From Felis catus (Eukaryota), in assembly GCF_018350175.1 (NCBI RefSeq), contig NC_058373.1, positions 117,306,001 through 117,370,000 on the forward strand: a stretch of DNA of 64,000 bases, read 5' to 3'. Made by a program: the position numbers and the translations under genes. The notes beneath the pieces were generated by a model. That model saw only the letters and a program-made list of their open reading frames with translations, did not search any database and was not told the origin of the DNA. Positions 25,990 to 38,303 of the stretch are shown here, piece by piece. How positions within the stretch are numbered: position 1 is the stretch's first letter; the number at the start of each line of letters is the position of its first letter.

Positions 25990-26400
25990 TACAACCTAAA
26001 CCCTCAACCTAAAACACTGGTTTTTAAGCAGGGAAATGACACGCCTTAGTCTGTGTCTTGTAGATACTTTAGGGAACGGAAGGGAGGGCATGGTGGAAAG
26101 GGGGAAGGATGGGGAATAGGCAAGGAGTCTTGGTAGGAAGACTATTTCCCTGGCAGAGGCAAGAGATGGGAGGTCCTGCGAGGTTCCAAGAGATGGGAAC
26201 CTAGTGTTCCAAAGGAGGAACAGCGAGAACGTAAAGGGGTGAAGATAGGAAAGGCATCGAGATGGCAGATTTGACAGCATTTGGTAGGTGATTGGGGTGG
26301 ACACTGAGAGAGGAAAGACTGAAGACAACTCTTGGGTTTCTCTCTTGTGTGACAGGGACAGAGCCCACTGTGGATTTTTGTTGGGAGATCAAGGGAAGGG
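25990..26400 (-). mobile_element. L2 fragment
   Basis: ggtttttaagcagggaaatgacac...gacagcatttggtaggtgattgg...gaagacaactcttgggtttct resembles the L2 body. Confidence 0.6.
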
Positions 26401-27122
26401 GCTACGAGATTAGCCAGTTTATGGATTAATTATTAAGACACAGCAGGGACCTGGGAGCTCCCCTCCTCACAAATTAGTTAGCTGGTAATTAGGCAGTGGC
26501 TGATTAATGCTACCGCCTGCTTCCTGTGGGGTAGGAGGAGAGGCGCTGAGCCACCCCCAGAGTTGCTGGGATGCAGGAGGGAACAGGGCCAAGAGTCTCC
26601 ACCACTATATTACAGCTCCCCCTCTCCTCCCAGAAACCCAACCCTGAAGGGGCATCCTGGACATCGGATTCTGTCTCCCCATTACTCTTCAGACATTCTT
26701 TGCCTAATGGATTAAAAACAGGAAAAGGGGACAATAGGTGCGCCACGGAATTATCATTCTCTGTAGTGATGTTTTACCAAAACACCACGGCAACTTTCCT
26801 TTTCAAATAGTTGGGTACCGGTCTTCATGCATTTGTCAAGTGCACATCAGTTTATTTTTCCACTTGGGAACTATGACTTGGGTCTCTCTTTCCCCACCCT
26901 GGGCTCTGTCCTCCTGAAAACTGTCTCTTCTGATATGAAATGAAACTCCCCCAAGGCCAGTATAGCTGCTCAATACTAAGTGTTGGGGGGAAAACCTGAA
27001 GCTGAATTCGGTAAATGCTTTTGAGATCCATAAATTCCCCAGAGGCCTAAATTGCTGTAATTCATGCAGGTGCATCCTGGTCTCCTGTTGGCGCCATGTG
27101 AGAAGTAAAGAAAGGTGGTTGT

Positions 27123-27352
27123 GGGGCGCCTGGGTGGCCCAGTCGGTTAAACGGCCGACTTCGGCTCAGGTCATAATCTCGCGGTCCGTGAGTTCGAGCC
27201 CCGCGTCGGGCTCTGTGCTGACAGCTCGGAGCCTGGAGCCTGTTTCAGATTCTGTGTCTCCCTCTCTCTCTCTGACCCTCGCCCATTCATGCTCTGTCTC
27301 TCTCTGTCTCAAAAATAAATAAACGTTAAAAAAAAATTAAAAAAAAAAAAAA
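27123..27352 (+). mobile_element. Young feline Can-SINE (SINEC_Fc)
   Basis: CpG-rich and near consensus (ggggcgcctgggtggcccagtcggttaaacggccgacttcggctcagg); long A tail; TSD aaagaaaggtggttg. Confidence 0.97.
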
Positions 27353-27639
27353 AAAGAAAGGTGGTTGAATTGGAAGGAATGCTCAGGATCCCCCTCTCTA
27401 GTTCCCTAAACCCCAAACATTCTCTGACTGCTTAGTGCACATACCCATGCCAGAGTGCCTACCTCCGACCTCACTAAAGATACCTGTCTCTGCCTGTCTG
27501 CCAGGCTCCCGGTCCTGCAGTGGGCACATGGGCAGAACCCTGAAAATGCAAAAGGGCCCAGCAGAACGGTGGGCAAAGAGCAGAAAGTACAAGGGGGCAA
27601 CATAAAGGCTGGGGGAGGGCTTTCTTTAATGGTACTTTT

Positions 27640-27800
27640 TAAATTAACATTAAGTGCCACATTTTTAAAATCTGTCATTTTTATTTTTAAAACCCAAATA
27701 ATCCTGTTTCTCTTTTAAAAAAAAAAAAATCAGGTGTGGCACATCAGGGCCCCAATTTCCATTTGGCCGCCATCAACTGGAGGTGAGTTGGTGTCCTTCA
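27640..27800. mobile_element. Possible old hAT element (MER102-like)
   Basis: aaaatcaggtgtggcacatcagggccccaatttccatttggccgccatcaactggaggtgagt resembles recalled MER102 sequence. Confidence 0.35.
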
Positions 27801-29421
27801 GAACTGAGGGCATGTGGTCCCCAGAGGGTCTCACTCCCTACCACACCTTGCTGTCTTGTGTCTCCATAGCGCTGAGGTCCTTCAGGACTCACTAGCGAGT
27901 GATGTTCTGGAAGCCTGCCTCGGTCCCCTAGGCTGGGGTCAGGGGCCCACCAGCGCTCCTAAAGTAGTCATAGCAATTTTATTTGTCTCTTTACACACAT
28001 AAGCAATTAAAATATAGTAGCAAATGTCACTATGTTTATTTTATATATATACAGTTTTTACTATTATATCTTAATTGCTTGCTAACTTATGTCAGCCCCC
28101 CCCCCCCCCACTGTAATTCAGGCTCCATGAGAGCAGGTACTTTGTCATGTTTGCTATTATACCTCCAAGGTATAATATAAACGATAACTTTGCATAAGGT
28201 CCAGAGCAGGCATTCAAATAAGTTAACGTACAAAAAATAAGGATGATGGATTCAATGATCTCTAGGGTCTTAGTTGCTGTGATGTTCTGTGGTTGTGGAG
28301 TGTAGTCCCCTACTCCACAGATGGGAAACCGAGGCTTGGGGAAGATCAGTGATTTTCTTGAAGTCTTGCTCAGGCTAGAACCTGAAGTCTTCACTCAGGT
28401 TAGAACCTGAGCCTCCAGAGAGCAGTCCACCTGACTTGGGCTTTCGTCTCAAGGAGCCAATGATCAGGGTAGAAGGAAAGAACAAAGTAAATGCCCAGTG
28501 TCTCCTGAAGAGTGAAGATAATAAACACTAGAGGGGTTTCTAGGAATTTCTACAGAAATCCCTCCAGAAACATGACTAGGCTTCAGTAATCCAGTGCCAA
28601 GCAATAGTCTTCACACGGGGGCGTTCAGGCACATCCTCAGGGGCCTTTGGGTTCCCTTTGAAAACAGTGAATGTGCATACATTTGTATCACCTGCTGCTG
28701 AATTTCAGGGACTTTGTTTGTTTCTCTGAGAGGGTATGGCACTTTCCTGGCCAGTGAGCAGGAAAAAGGAGGGAAATTGAGTTGCAGATGCTGTCATGCT
28801 CTGGGTGAAGGCCCACTGATGGCACTGTGATGTTTTATGGTTCGGGGCTGTGGCAGTTAGTGACATATTTATACTGGAAGCACTGATTTCATTGCAGCAA
28901 GAACACCCCCATCCATTGCATTATTTTAATGCAGTGACTATTACTAGTTTCATATTTAATTTTTACATTCATCTTGGTTTCAGAATTGCATGAGAACGAT
29001 AAGCAAAACACTTTGCATTGAGTTGTGTACCAAAGTATTCTAAAACAATGCTGGAGATACAGGAGATTGTCTCTTTCCTTTAAAAGGAGCCCATACATTA
29101 TTCAAGGTTGTTGCATGCACTGACTTCCTGTCACATTTGCATTTAAGTTGTGAGAAACTGTTGGCACGAGAGAGAATTCCAGTGCCATGAGCTCCTCTGC
29201 TGTCAGAGTGAATTACTGAGAAGGAACTGGGTATGGGAGATGTGATGCGTTCTTCCCTCGGTAGGTGGCTGTTCCCACAGGCGATTCTAAAATCTAAGAG
29301 GTAATTCTGACTATTGTCTTGCTAGCTTTAGAACCTAATCCGTTGTAAGATGTTATGATATACAAGGTCTGAGGGGTGAAAAGACTTATCTTCTGTTTAA
29401 CATGATGTAGTATGTTTAACC

Positions 29422-29628
29422 TGAGGTCAGTAGGCTGTATAGCCTGTGGACCAAATTTGGCCCACAGACCATTTTTGTCAATAAAGTTTTATGGAAACCC
29501 GGCCGCACCTATTTGTTTATAGATCGCCTACAGCTGACCGCTTTCACACTACAATAATATAGGCCATTAGCTGTGACAGAGACTAATGGCCCACAAAGCC
29601 TAAAATCATTGCTATCTGGCAGACCCCT
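29422..29628. mobile_element. MER58A (hAT-Charlie)
   Basis: gcctgtggaccaaatttggcccac...tttttgtcaataaagttttatggaa...ggcccacaaagcctaaaatcattgctatctggc. Confidence 0.85.
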
Positions 29629-30170
29629 CGCATATGCATTCGAAATAACGATCTTTTCTGCCCTGTGCTTTCGGCTTATATACATTTCAGTTATTTGATC
29701 CTCGAAAGTGACCTAATCTCTTCTGCTTTTACAATTAGGAAATTCTAGGTGATTGTTGCTTTGTGTAAGATTCTTTGATTTTTCTATGAGGGAATCTAGT
29801 CTGTTTCGAACATCAATTGTTACTGCCTTAAAATCGGAAACTGGAGACTGGCGCGATGTCGTTTTAATCCTTGAACCCTACCTGGTAGAGCTCACCTGAG
29901 CTGAGCTGTGAGTTAGATGCTTGTGTTTTCACTTGTCGGCCCTTCGTGTCCCACCTCTACCCCGACTCTCTCTCACTACCTTTGGGGCACAGTGCTCTTC
30001 GACTCCTTGCCTCTCAGCCACATCACCGAAGGCTCTGCGGCCACACTCCCATCTCCATTCAAATTAATTTTGTCCACTTCTTGTTTCCTCTGAGGGTATT
30101 TGCACTTGAAGCTTTTATCCCTACTGGGGAGTAAGCAGCGTTGGCCTCCCTTAAAGATTTGACCAACTTA

Positions 30171-30407
30171 GGGGCACCTGGGTGCCTCAGTTCGTTAAGC
30201 ATCCAACTCTTGATGTTGGCTCAGGTCATGGCATCGAGGTTGTGAGATGGAACTACGCTTCTGGCTCTGTGCTGAGCGTGGAGCCTACTTGGGATTCCCT
30301 CCATGTCTCTCTCTCTCTCTCTCTCTCTCTCTGCCCCTCCCTGGCTCACATGCATGTGCGTTTTCTCTCTCTGTGTGTCAACATAAATAAATGAACATTA
30401 AAAAAAT
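30171..30407 (+). mobile_element. Can-SINE (older subfamily)
   Basis: ggggcacctgggtgcctcagttcgttaagcatccaactcttg head, (CT)n tract, aaataaatgaacattaaaaaa tail. Confidence 0.92.
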
Positions 30408-32039
30408 TTTTCGACCCCCTTAGAGGTGTTGGGGGAGGTTAGTAGGATGGGAATGGCCCAAGGTGAGAGGGTGGGGACAGGGATGTCCCTAGAAATGGCG
30501 CAAGTCCCCCTTGATGATTGCATGGTCCAGTCCACCTAATCCTGAGTTTGCTGTGAAGATCGGAGTGTGTGCCTTTCTTACCTCAGATCCCCAAATCTTC
30601 AGGGGGATACAAGACTTAAAAAAAAATTCTTTCAATGAAGTTGGCTTCTTTATAGAACCACCTAAGACTAACACAAAAAGCAGAAGACTCAAATGCTATT
30701 TGAAAACACCTGACTGGGGATGACTTCCCACTTGCACACGACGAGGGGAATCATCAAAGGACTAGGGGAGTGTGCTATGATGTAAGGACAGTCCCTAAAA
30801 GGAGACATTTACTGCTGAGTATACATTGCTTAAAAAAATAAGTTTTTGTGGGAGTAACCAAAATAATGGAAGACACTAGAGCTATCTTAGCCAACTTGGG
30901 TCATTCCCGATCACACTGGCATTGTTCACCCTCTGAGGATTAAGTCAGCCAGGGTGAGCACCTCTGGCTGGTAAAACAACTTAGGAACTGGCACAGTAGT
31001 ACATTTTCACAGTGGTTAAAAAGCTAGGCAGGTTTGGGCGTAAATCAAAATCAAATATCCACCTCTTCCATGGCAAGTGTTAACATGGTTAGTTCTGAGG
31101 AACCTTTAGCACTTGCGTACTTCGAGTCTCTATTGTTTTGATGTGTGTGTCTCTTTGTACAAATTAGAGACTACTCAATACATTTGTGAAGCAAGAGATC
31201 TTCACCAGCAGAAGGATAATACCCAAATCTGGTGATGAGGTGAGAAGGAAAGAGAGAGGCAGCATCCCCAGTGCACGATTAGAGGAAAAGCCAAATCATT
31301 CGGCTGAGGGCACAGAAATCTCTTTGGGAGGGAGGTGTCTACACAGAGTAAGAGCACATGTGGTATATTTCAGTGAAGTTTCCCTTGCCCTCCAGATTCT
31401 CTAGCAGGCCTGCAGAGTCTGTCCTACAAGAGGGCCTCTCTCTGCATCTGGGAAGCTCAATTCTTACCCATTCTATAGGCCTTTATTGCAGAGGCTTTGG
31501 GAAGAACTTACACAACCAATCTGTGCCCTGTGTTTCACAGAACATTTTATAACAACCAACTCTCCCGATTCTGTAGCCAAAGTCAGAATGAGCAAGGCTC
31601 CTCTCCTGGGAGCAGGAGCACGGCCAGTACCCAGGGGTCCCTGCACAGTATCTTTGCCTCCAGGTTTGTTGCAGGCCGGAGAGGCCATTTCTTCACAGGG
31701 ACGAGAGAAGCAGAGCCCTGGAAGGAAGGAAGCAGGGAGAGCAGGCATGTGGTAAGAGGGGTAGGAGATGGAAACATGCTTGGCTGCAATTGCCCACTTC
31801 CGCTTAACCGGCAAATTGGTCCCGTGATGTGAAGTCAGAGCTTGTGTAGAATGGATCCTGTTTGTTTAGAAAAAGTAGACTCTCAGTAAATCACTCCAGG
31901 TATCGTCTCTAGCATGGTGTATATCAGGTTCATAGGCACAAAAACATATTTGAGTGAATGCATAAATTAATGGAATAATTAAGACCTCAGAGTGGAGACC
32001 GGCAAACCGAGTTTAAATTCCACTTTGCCATTTAGTAGT

Positions 32040-32410
32040 TGTCAGTTATCTATTACTGCAGAACAAGTTACCCTCAACTGTAGCAGCTTAAGTGACTACG
32101 TCACTGCCTCTGTGGGCTAGCAAGCTGGTTTTGGCTTCGCTGGGTACCTCTGCTTCTGGGTCTTTCCCAAAGCCACAGGCAGCTCAAGGTCTGGCTGAAG
32201 GAGGACCTGTTTCAACTTTACTTACGTGGCTGTTGGCAAGCTTCAGATCCTTAATCGCTGTTCCTTGCCACCTGGGCCTCTCCAAAATGCTGCTCACAAC
32301 ATAGCAGCTGGCTTCCCCCAGAAAGAGGAATCTCAGAGGGACTCCCAAGACAGAAGCTACATGTTTCTGTTTTGCTTTGTTTTGTTTTTGCAAAAGTTTT
32401 CATTGTGGCT

Positions 32411-32454
<44 letters not shown>

Positions 32455-32760
32455 ATATATATGTCATAAAATTTCCTGTTTTAACCATTTTTAAATGTAC
32501 AATTCAGTGGCATTTAGTACATTCACAATGTTGTGCAGTCCCCACCACTATCTGTTTCCAAAATTTCTTCATCACCCCACACAGAACTTAAAGCTGCAGT
32601 GTCTTTTTAACCTAATCTCAGGAGTGACATACCATCATTCTGTTCTGTTTCTTGGAAGCAAGGCACTAAATCCAGCCCACGCTTATGGATAGGATTACAC
32701 AGGGTGAGAATACCAGGAGGGTGGACATCCTTGGGGCAGTCCTAGAGGCTGACTACCATA
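32040..32760 (-). mobile_element. MaLR LTR (MLT1-type) interrupted by (AC)20 and an L1M fragment (about 32465-32585), lying within a MIR
   Basis: tgtcagttatctattactgcagaacaagttaccc...ggggcagtcctagaggctgactaccata; L1M piece taaatgtacaattcagtggcatttagtacattcaca. Confidence 0.75.
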
Positions 32761-33270
32761 AAACCTTCTGATCTCAGGTGAGTTACTGACCTCGCTGAGC
32801 CTCAGTTACATCCTCTGTAAAATATCTACCTTGTAGAACCATGCTCATATCCAAGGGAACACCACCCAACTTTCTACTCCCCAACATGAGATAAAATGCA
32901 TGGCCCTGAGCCGTGAAGTTGAAACACTCTGGACTCTATCTTCCTGTACAAACTCTTGGATTCTCCATGATGCTTCTGTGACTGTCACATCTTTGGACTC
33001 TTGGCAGCATGAACACATAGGACAGAAGCAGAGGCAGAACCGTGGAGATCCAGAATACATTTCCTAAATATTCATAATCTAATCTTTATATGAAGCAGAG
33101 ACTCCTCTAAAGAGGAAGCCTGTATTGGACAATGCTTAGCTCCTATGTTCGCATCAAACCACCTCTAGGGATTGGTCCACAACCTACCTCAGTTGCTCAT
33201 ATTCACCACCAGGACGCTATCCTTGTTCCATTATGGTTGCCCTCTTTCTTCCATGCAAATTTCCAAACAT

Positions 33271-33644
33271 CTCTTTATTTATTTATTTTTTTACCAGTTT
33301 ATTTTTATTTTATTTTTTTTATTTTTTATTATTTTTTATTTTTTTATTTTTTTTATATGAAATTTATTGACAAATTGGTTTCCATACAACACCCAGTGCT
33401 CATCCCAAAAGGTGCCCTCCTCAATACCCATCACCCACCCTCTCCTCCCTCCCACCCCCCATCAACCCTCAGTTTGTTCTCAGTTTTTAAGAGTCTCTTA
33501 TGCTTTGGCTCTCTCCCACTCTAACCTGTTTTTTTTTTTTCCTTCCCCTCCCCCATGGGTTCCTGTTAAGTTTCTCAGGGTCCACATAAGAGTGAAACCA
33601 TATGGTATCTGTCTTTCTCTGTATGGCTTATTTCACTTAGCATC
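33271..33644 (-). mobile_element. Feline L1 3' end (about 290 bp plus A-rich tail)
   Basis: atatgaaatttattgacaaattggtttccatacaacacccagtgctcatccc...ctgtctttctctgtatggcttatttcacttagcat. Confidence 0.93.
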
Positions 33645-34189
33645 ACTTTAATGCATCTCCTCTCTTCTCTGATGAGCTGTCCTTTGCGGTGAATAAGAAA
33701 CAGCTCCTCTGGACCTCTGTGCATGGGGTTGTATAATGAATAAGCAGACTGCTTTTAAAACTATTCTTTACAAATTTCCAAAATGGCAATATACATAACC
33801 TGTTCTTGTCCCCTCTCACAGGCCAGTCCTACCCAAGTCAGGGTTTTATTCTAAACACCAGCTTCCAGATGTGTTCTGGGGTCACCATACATTCCAGCCA
33901 CATCTTTGTACTTTCCCTTCCATAGTCCTACAGGAGACTGTCAATTTGGATCCAGAAGTGATCAGCTGAAAATTAATTCAGTTGATTGTACTTTTAAGTC
34001 AAAGAAGTGAATTTATATTCTGTACAAAGGCTTCCAGGGATGACCATTTTGGAAAGATTATTGAGGATTATTTGAAATAAAAATAGTTTATTGGCTAATG
34101 CTCAAAACCAAAAATAATTGCTGAACACTGTTTCCCAAAGTGTTTCTGCAGAAAGAGATGCTGTTGTTTGCCCACTGACCAAAATTAAA

Positions 34190-35045
34190 TTGTTAACCTC
34201 TAGGGTTGTTGAGAATATGATGAAACAGTCATAAATTATTTGCTGCTGGGAGTATAAACTGGGCTCTTCTCTAGGGAGTCAATTTGTAAATCAGAATTTA
34301 AAATATATGTCCTCTTGACCCAGGAGTTCTCCTTTTAAAAATTAATGTAAACCATCCTTGCACATCTACAAAAAGGTATATACACAAAGAGTTTCACTGC
34401 AGTATTGTTTGTAATAAGAACAGATGAGAAAAATCTCAAATGTTCATCAACGTTAGACTAGATAAATCAATTACAGTGTGGAGTAAACCACGAGTCTGTT
34501 AAAATAATGAAGCAGATTTATATATCCACACATGAAAAGATGGACATAGTATTTTGTTACCTGGATGAAGTAAGTCATGGAACAGTATTTCAGGATGACC
34601 CCTTCTTTAGGAAATTTTATATACAGTAAAACCTTGGATTGCAGGTAACTTGTTCCCATAAGACAAACATTTCTAATAAATCTTAACTTGATAAACGAGC
34701 GATATCTTGCAATACAAGTAGCATGTGAAGCCAAACATCACATGATCACAACGGAGCCAGTGGTTCTTGAAATTCACTTTGATATTCAAGTGCTTCGACA
34801 TACTTTGATATACAAGCATGTTTCTGGACAAATTATGCTCGCAAACCAAGGTTTTCCTGTATATATGTTATATATATAATATATATGTATATTATTATAT
34901 GTCTACTCACATAGGTATTTGGAAGCATACACACCAAACTGTTACCAGTGGCACTCTTCCTCTAAGAGTTTTCTGATGGATAGGAGGGTTATTTCCCACT
35001 TTACTGTGTTACACTTGCATATTGTGTGAATTTTTTATAATTACA
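34190..35045 (+). mobile_element. Old L1ME-type 3' region interrupted by a MITE
   Basis: tgctgctgggagtataaact...ttgacccagga...ttcactgcagtattgtttgtaata...aaatgttcatcaac. Confidence 0.7.
34624..34859. mobile_element. Tc1/mariner (Tigger-like) MITE, 236 bp
   Basis: TIRs cagtaaaaccttggattgc and gcaaaccaaggttttcctg (17/19 complementary), flanked by TA on both sides. Confidence 0.85.
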
Positions 35046-35218
35046 TACGTTTCTTTTTAAACTTATTACAGAAGTAACATCTATTTTTAAGCAGTAACCA
35101 TTGCTTATGCAGTAACCATAATGGAACAAGGGTAGTCCTTCGCCCAGATGCAATTACATTAATTAATCTTCCATATCTTTTTCTACATGTGAACTTTTTT
35201 TTAATGTAATTATTTTAA

Positions 35219-35429
35219 GGGTACCTGAGTGGCCCAGTCGCTGGTTGAGTATCCCACTCTTAATTTTAGCTCAGGTCGTGATCTCGCGGTTCATGGGATC
35301 CAGTCCCACACCAGGCTCTGCACTGACAGCACGGAGCCTGCTTGAGGTTCTCTCTCTCCCTGTCTCTCTGCCTCTCCTCCAGCTCACACTCTCTCCATCT
35401 GTCTCAAAATAAATAAATAAACACTTAAA
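35219..35429 (+). mobile_element. Can-SINE
   Basis: gggtacctgagtggcccagtcg head, aaaataaataaataaacactt tail; TSD aatgtaattattt. Confidence 0.92.
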
Positions 35430-36064
35430 AATGTAATTATTTCATATAGACTATCGTTAAGCTACTTATTTTAGTTCAAAAATATATGATTGAAAATAGG
35501 ATAAATGCAATTATTCATAATAAACATGTTTATATGTCAGTAGGTGATCAATTATGTCTAATGGCTATAATAGTGTGGTTTTCAGGTACATGAGATTGTT
35601 GGAAACTAGGAATTAGAAATGAGGCAAGGTAAACTTTTAATGCAAGAACCTGTTACCGGGTTCCTTGCACTCAGTCTCATCTATCCCTACGTCCACACTA
35701 TCCACAGTCTGTACTTAAGCTCTGTCAGTGTCTTGACTAAAATCCTGCATGGCCGCCTGTTGCCCTCAAGATAAAATTCTACCCTCCTCATCTAGATTAC
35801 AAGGTCTGTCATTTTCTGGCTCATGCTTATCCTCCAGCATATCTTTGGTCAATACCTTTACCTCCTATTCCTGTCAGCCTCCCACCTCACCCTGGCTTCC
35901 TCTCCTCCTTCATATTTCCGCCTCTATTCCTCCATTTCAGATGCAACCACTTCTCTGATTCCCGTAGTGTCCCGAGCTTACGCTTAGTTCTGGGAGGATC
36001 TTGTTCTTAGCACCCAACAGGCACTCTGCCTTTTCCTGGAAAAATCGTTCATCCTGTGTGGAGA

Positions 36065-36235
36065 CCCAGAGCAAGGTTATTAAGCAGTCTCTGCTTCAAG
36101 CTCATTATCTCTGAATAGGATAATAATAGTATCTGCCTCCTAAGATTGCTAACTGGACCCAGTGAATGAATGCATCTCAGTGGCTTAGAAGTGCCTGGTG
36201 CAGAGTAAGAGTTCAGTGTGTTTGTGGCTTCAGTT
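36065..36235 (+). mobile_element. MIR
   Basis: gcaaggttattaagcagtctctg...ggataataatagtatctgcctc...cttagaagtgcctgg. Confidence 0.7.
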
Positions 36236-36339
36236 GCTCTTCTACTCATTTTGTTGGGTTGAGATTGATTTTGCCTTCTGCTCTACAGGTCGATTTAAGG
36301 ATTAGCTAAAGCGATCGTTTAATTTCCTCCTTTTACATT

Positions 36340-36695
36340 GTGTGATGGGCCCAGGAAAGGACACACAACTTGATTTTGAGGGAGAGAAACTCTCTCTTTC
36401 TCTAGGCTTGGGCATGATGTATGCCAGGCTCATTGCTGCTATAGCCAAGAGATTACGGGTGGGAGCATCTCTGAGTATGGAGCCCACACAGAAGCAAGTG
36501 AAGCAGACCCAAGAGAAAGAAAGAATGTGCTGGTGACCCTGCATGGGGCCCTTTCATGAAGCCGTGCATGACCAACGCTTCCCTCCACTCTTTAGTCATT
36601 TGAGCCAGAATGTTCCTTTTTTTTTTTTTTTTTTTTTTTTTGCTTAAACCACTAAGGGTTGGGTTTTCTGTCACTTGTGATCCAGAGTTTCAAGA
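36340..36695 (+). mobile_element. Old MaLR LTR (MLT1K/L-like) 3' part
   Basis: ttttgcttaaaccactaagggttgggttttctgtcacttgtg is typical of an MLT1 3' end. Confidence 0.55.
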
Positions 36696-37043
36696 CGTGT
36701 ATCCTGTGTCTAACCAACATCATATCTTAGTGCAATATTCTGTCTCTTGGTCTTTCCTCGTCATTAGGTTTAAGATCTGTGAGGAAAGGACCTGGGTCAT
36801 CTTCATCTCTGTACCTCCAGCTCCCAAGACACTGCTGGAGTATATTAGATGCTATGTCTTGAGTGAATAAAATCCCCCAGAAGCTATTTCAACATATTGT
36901 TTCAGTGTTTCAACATAACCTGTTCAGTGCTTCTGGCTTATCCAAGTCTAAAATTCTACTGATTCTTCAGGAAGACATAGTAAGATAGGGGGAAGGAATT
37001 AACATCATTGAATGAATGCATGTTAGGAACTAGGTAACGTATA

Positions 37044-37498
37044 CAGTGGTCCTCTCTTATCCATGGGGGCTACCTTCCAAGACCCTTAGTGGATCTGAAA
37101 TTAGACAGCACTGGATCCTATACATACTGTGATTTTCCTTATATATGCATACCTATGATAAAGTTTAATTTATAAATTAGGCACAGTAAGAGATTAGTAA
37201 CAATGACTAAAAAGAACTATAACATTATACTGTAATAAAAGTTATATGAACGTAGTCTCTCTCTCAAAATACCTTATTGCACTGTCCTCACCTTTCCTCT
37301 TCTTGCGATGTGAGATGATAAAATGCCTACCTGAGGAGACAAAGGGAGGTGAATGACGTAGGCATTGGGACAGCATTAGGCTACTGCCACCTTCTGACAA
37401 TACATTAGAAGAAGAAGGGTCATCTGCCTCTGGACCACAGTTGACTGTGGGTAACTGAAACCACAGAAAGTGAAACTGGGGACAAGGGGACAATACTG
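37044..37498. mobile_element. MER44 (TcMar-Tigger7 derivative), both ends present
   Basis: TA|cagtggtcctctcttatcc...gggtaactgaaaccacagaaagtgaaactggggacaaggggacaatactg|TA. Confidence 0.88.
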
Positions 37499-38149
37499 TA
37501 CAATACTTTATATTGCATTGTATCATTTAATCGAAAAGACTAATTTGCTTTTCTTCCCTACCTGGTCTCCCATGATCGGGGAGAGATTTTATCTATCAAT
37601 GAAATAATATGAAATAATGAAATAATCACTTGGCAAGTGGCTGATGAAATAAGAACGAAATATGAGCTATCTTCGGGCGTCTAATAAGAAAAATGAAAAG
37701 CAGATAAAACACACGCAAATTCTGTACTTAAAAAGGAAGCAATCCTTTGAGCCTTTTGAGTTCAAGGTGCAAGTTTTATAAACTATTACCATTGTTTTTG
37801 AAAGGAATAATTTTATTAAAATATGTCACTTCAGTTATGAATATTTCAATGCAGAATTCCCTTAAGACACAAAAAGGGAGGTGCTTGTACTCCACTCCTT
37901 CATTCCTGAGGGAAGTGATGCAGTTGTCTACGTACAGGCTAGTTTGCAAGTCACAGGAAACCGTCTCCCCTCTCCAGGCTGCCAGTTTGTTGTCCCCTAC
38001 TTGGTGACATTCAGTCTGGGGACAGTGACCAGGAGAGAAGTACTGAATAACCTTCACTCCGGAAGGTTTTTTGTGCTCAAGGAGCACGCAGTAATAACAT
38101 CTAAATTCTAACGCTTGTCCTCCGTCTATAGGCTATGCGTATGTAGTGG

Positions 38150-38303
38150 CATATTAATGTCCTGTTGATTTCAGGTGTACATCACAGTGATTCGATATTT
38201 GCATACATTATGAAATGATCCCCATGATAAGTTTAGTTACCATCTGTCCCCATGTAAAGTTATTACAATATTATTGACTATATTCCTCATGCTGTACATT
38301 ACA
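38150..38303 (-). mobile_element. L1MA/L1_Carn-type 3' UTR fragment
   Basis: tttcaggtgtacatcacagtgattcgatatttgcatacattatgaaatgatc...ttattgactatattcctcatgctgtacattaca. Confidence 0.8.

Noticed and set aside
33132..33651. ORFs with hydrophobic F/Y/I stretches resembling transmembrane segments
   Set aside because: They derive from the T-rich antisense L1 tail and 3' UTR.
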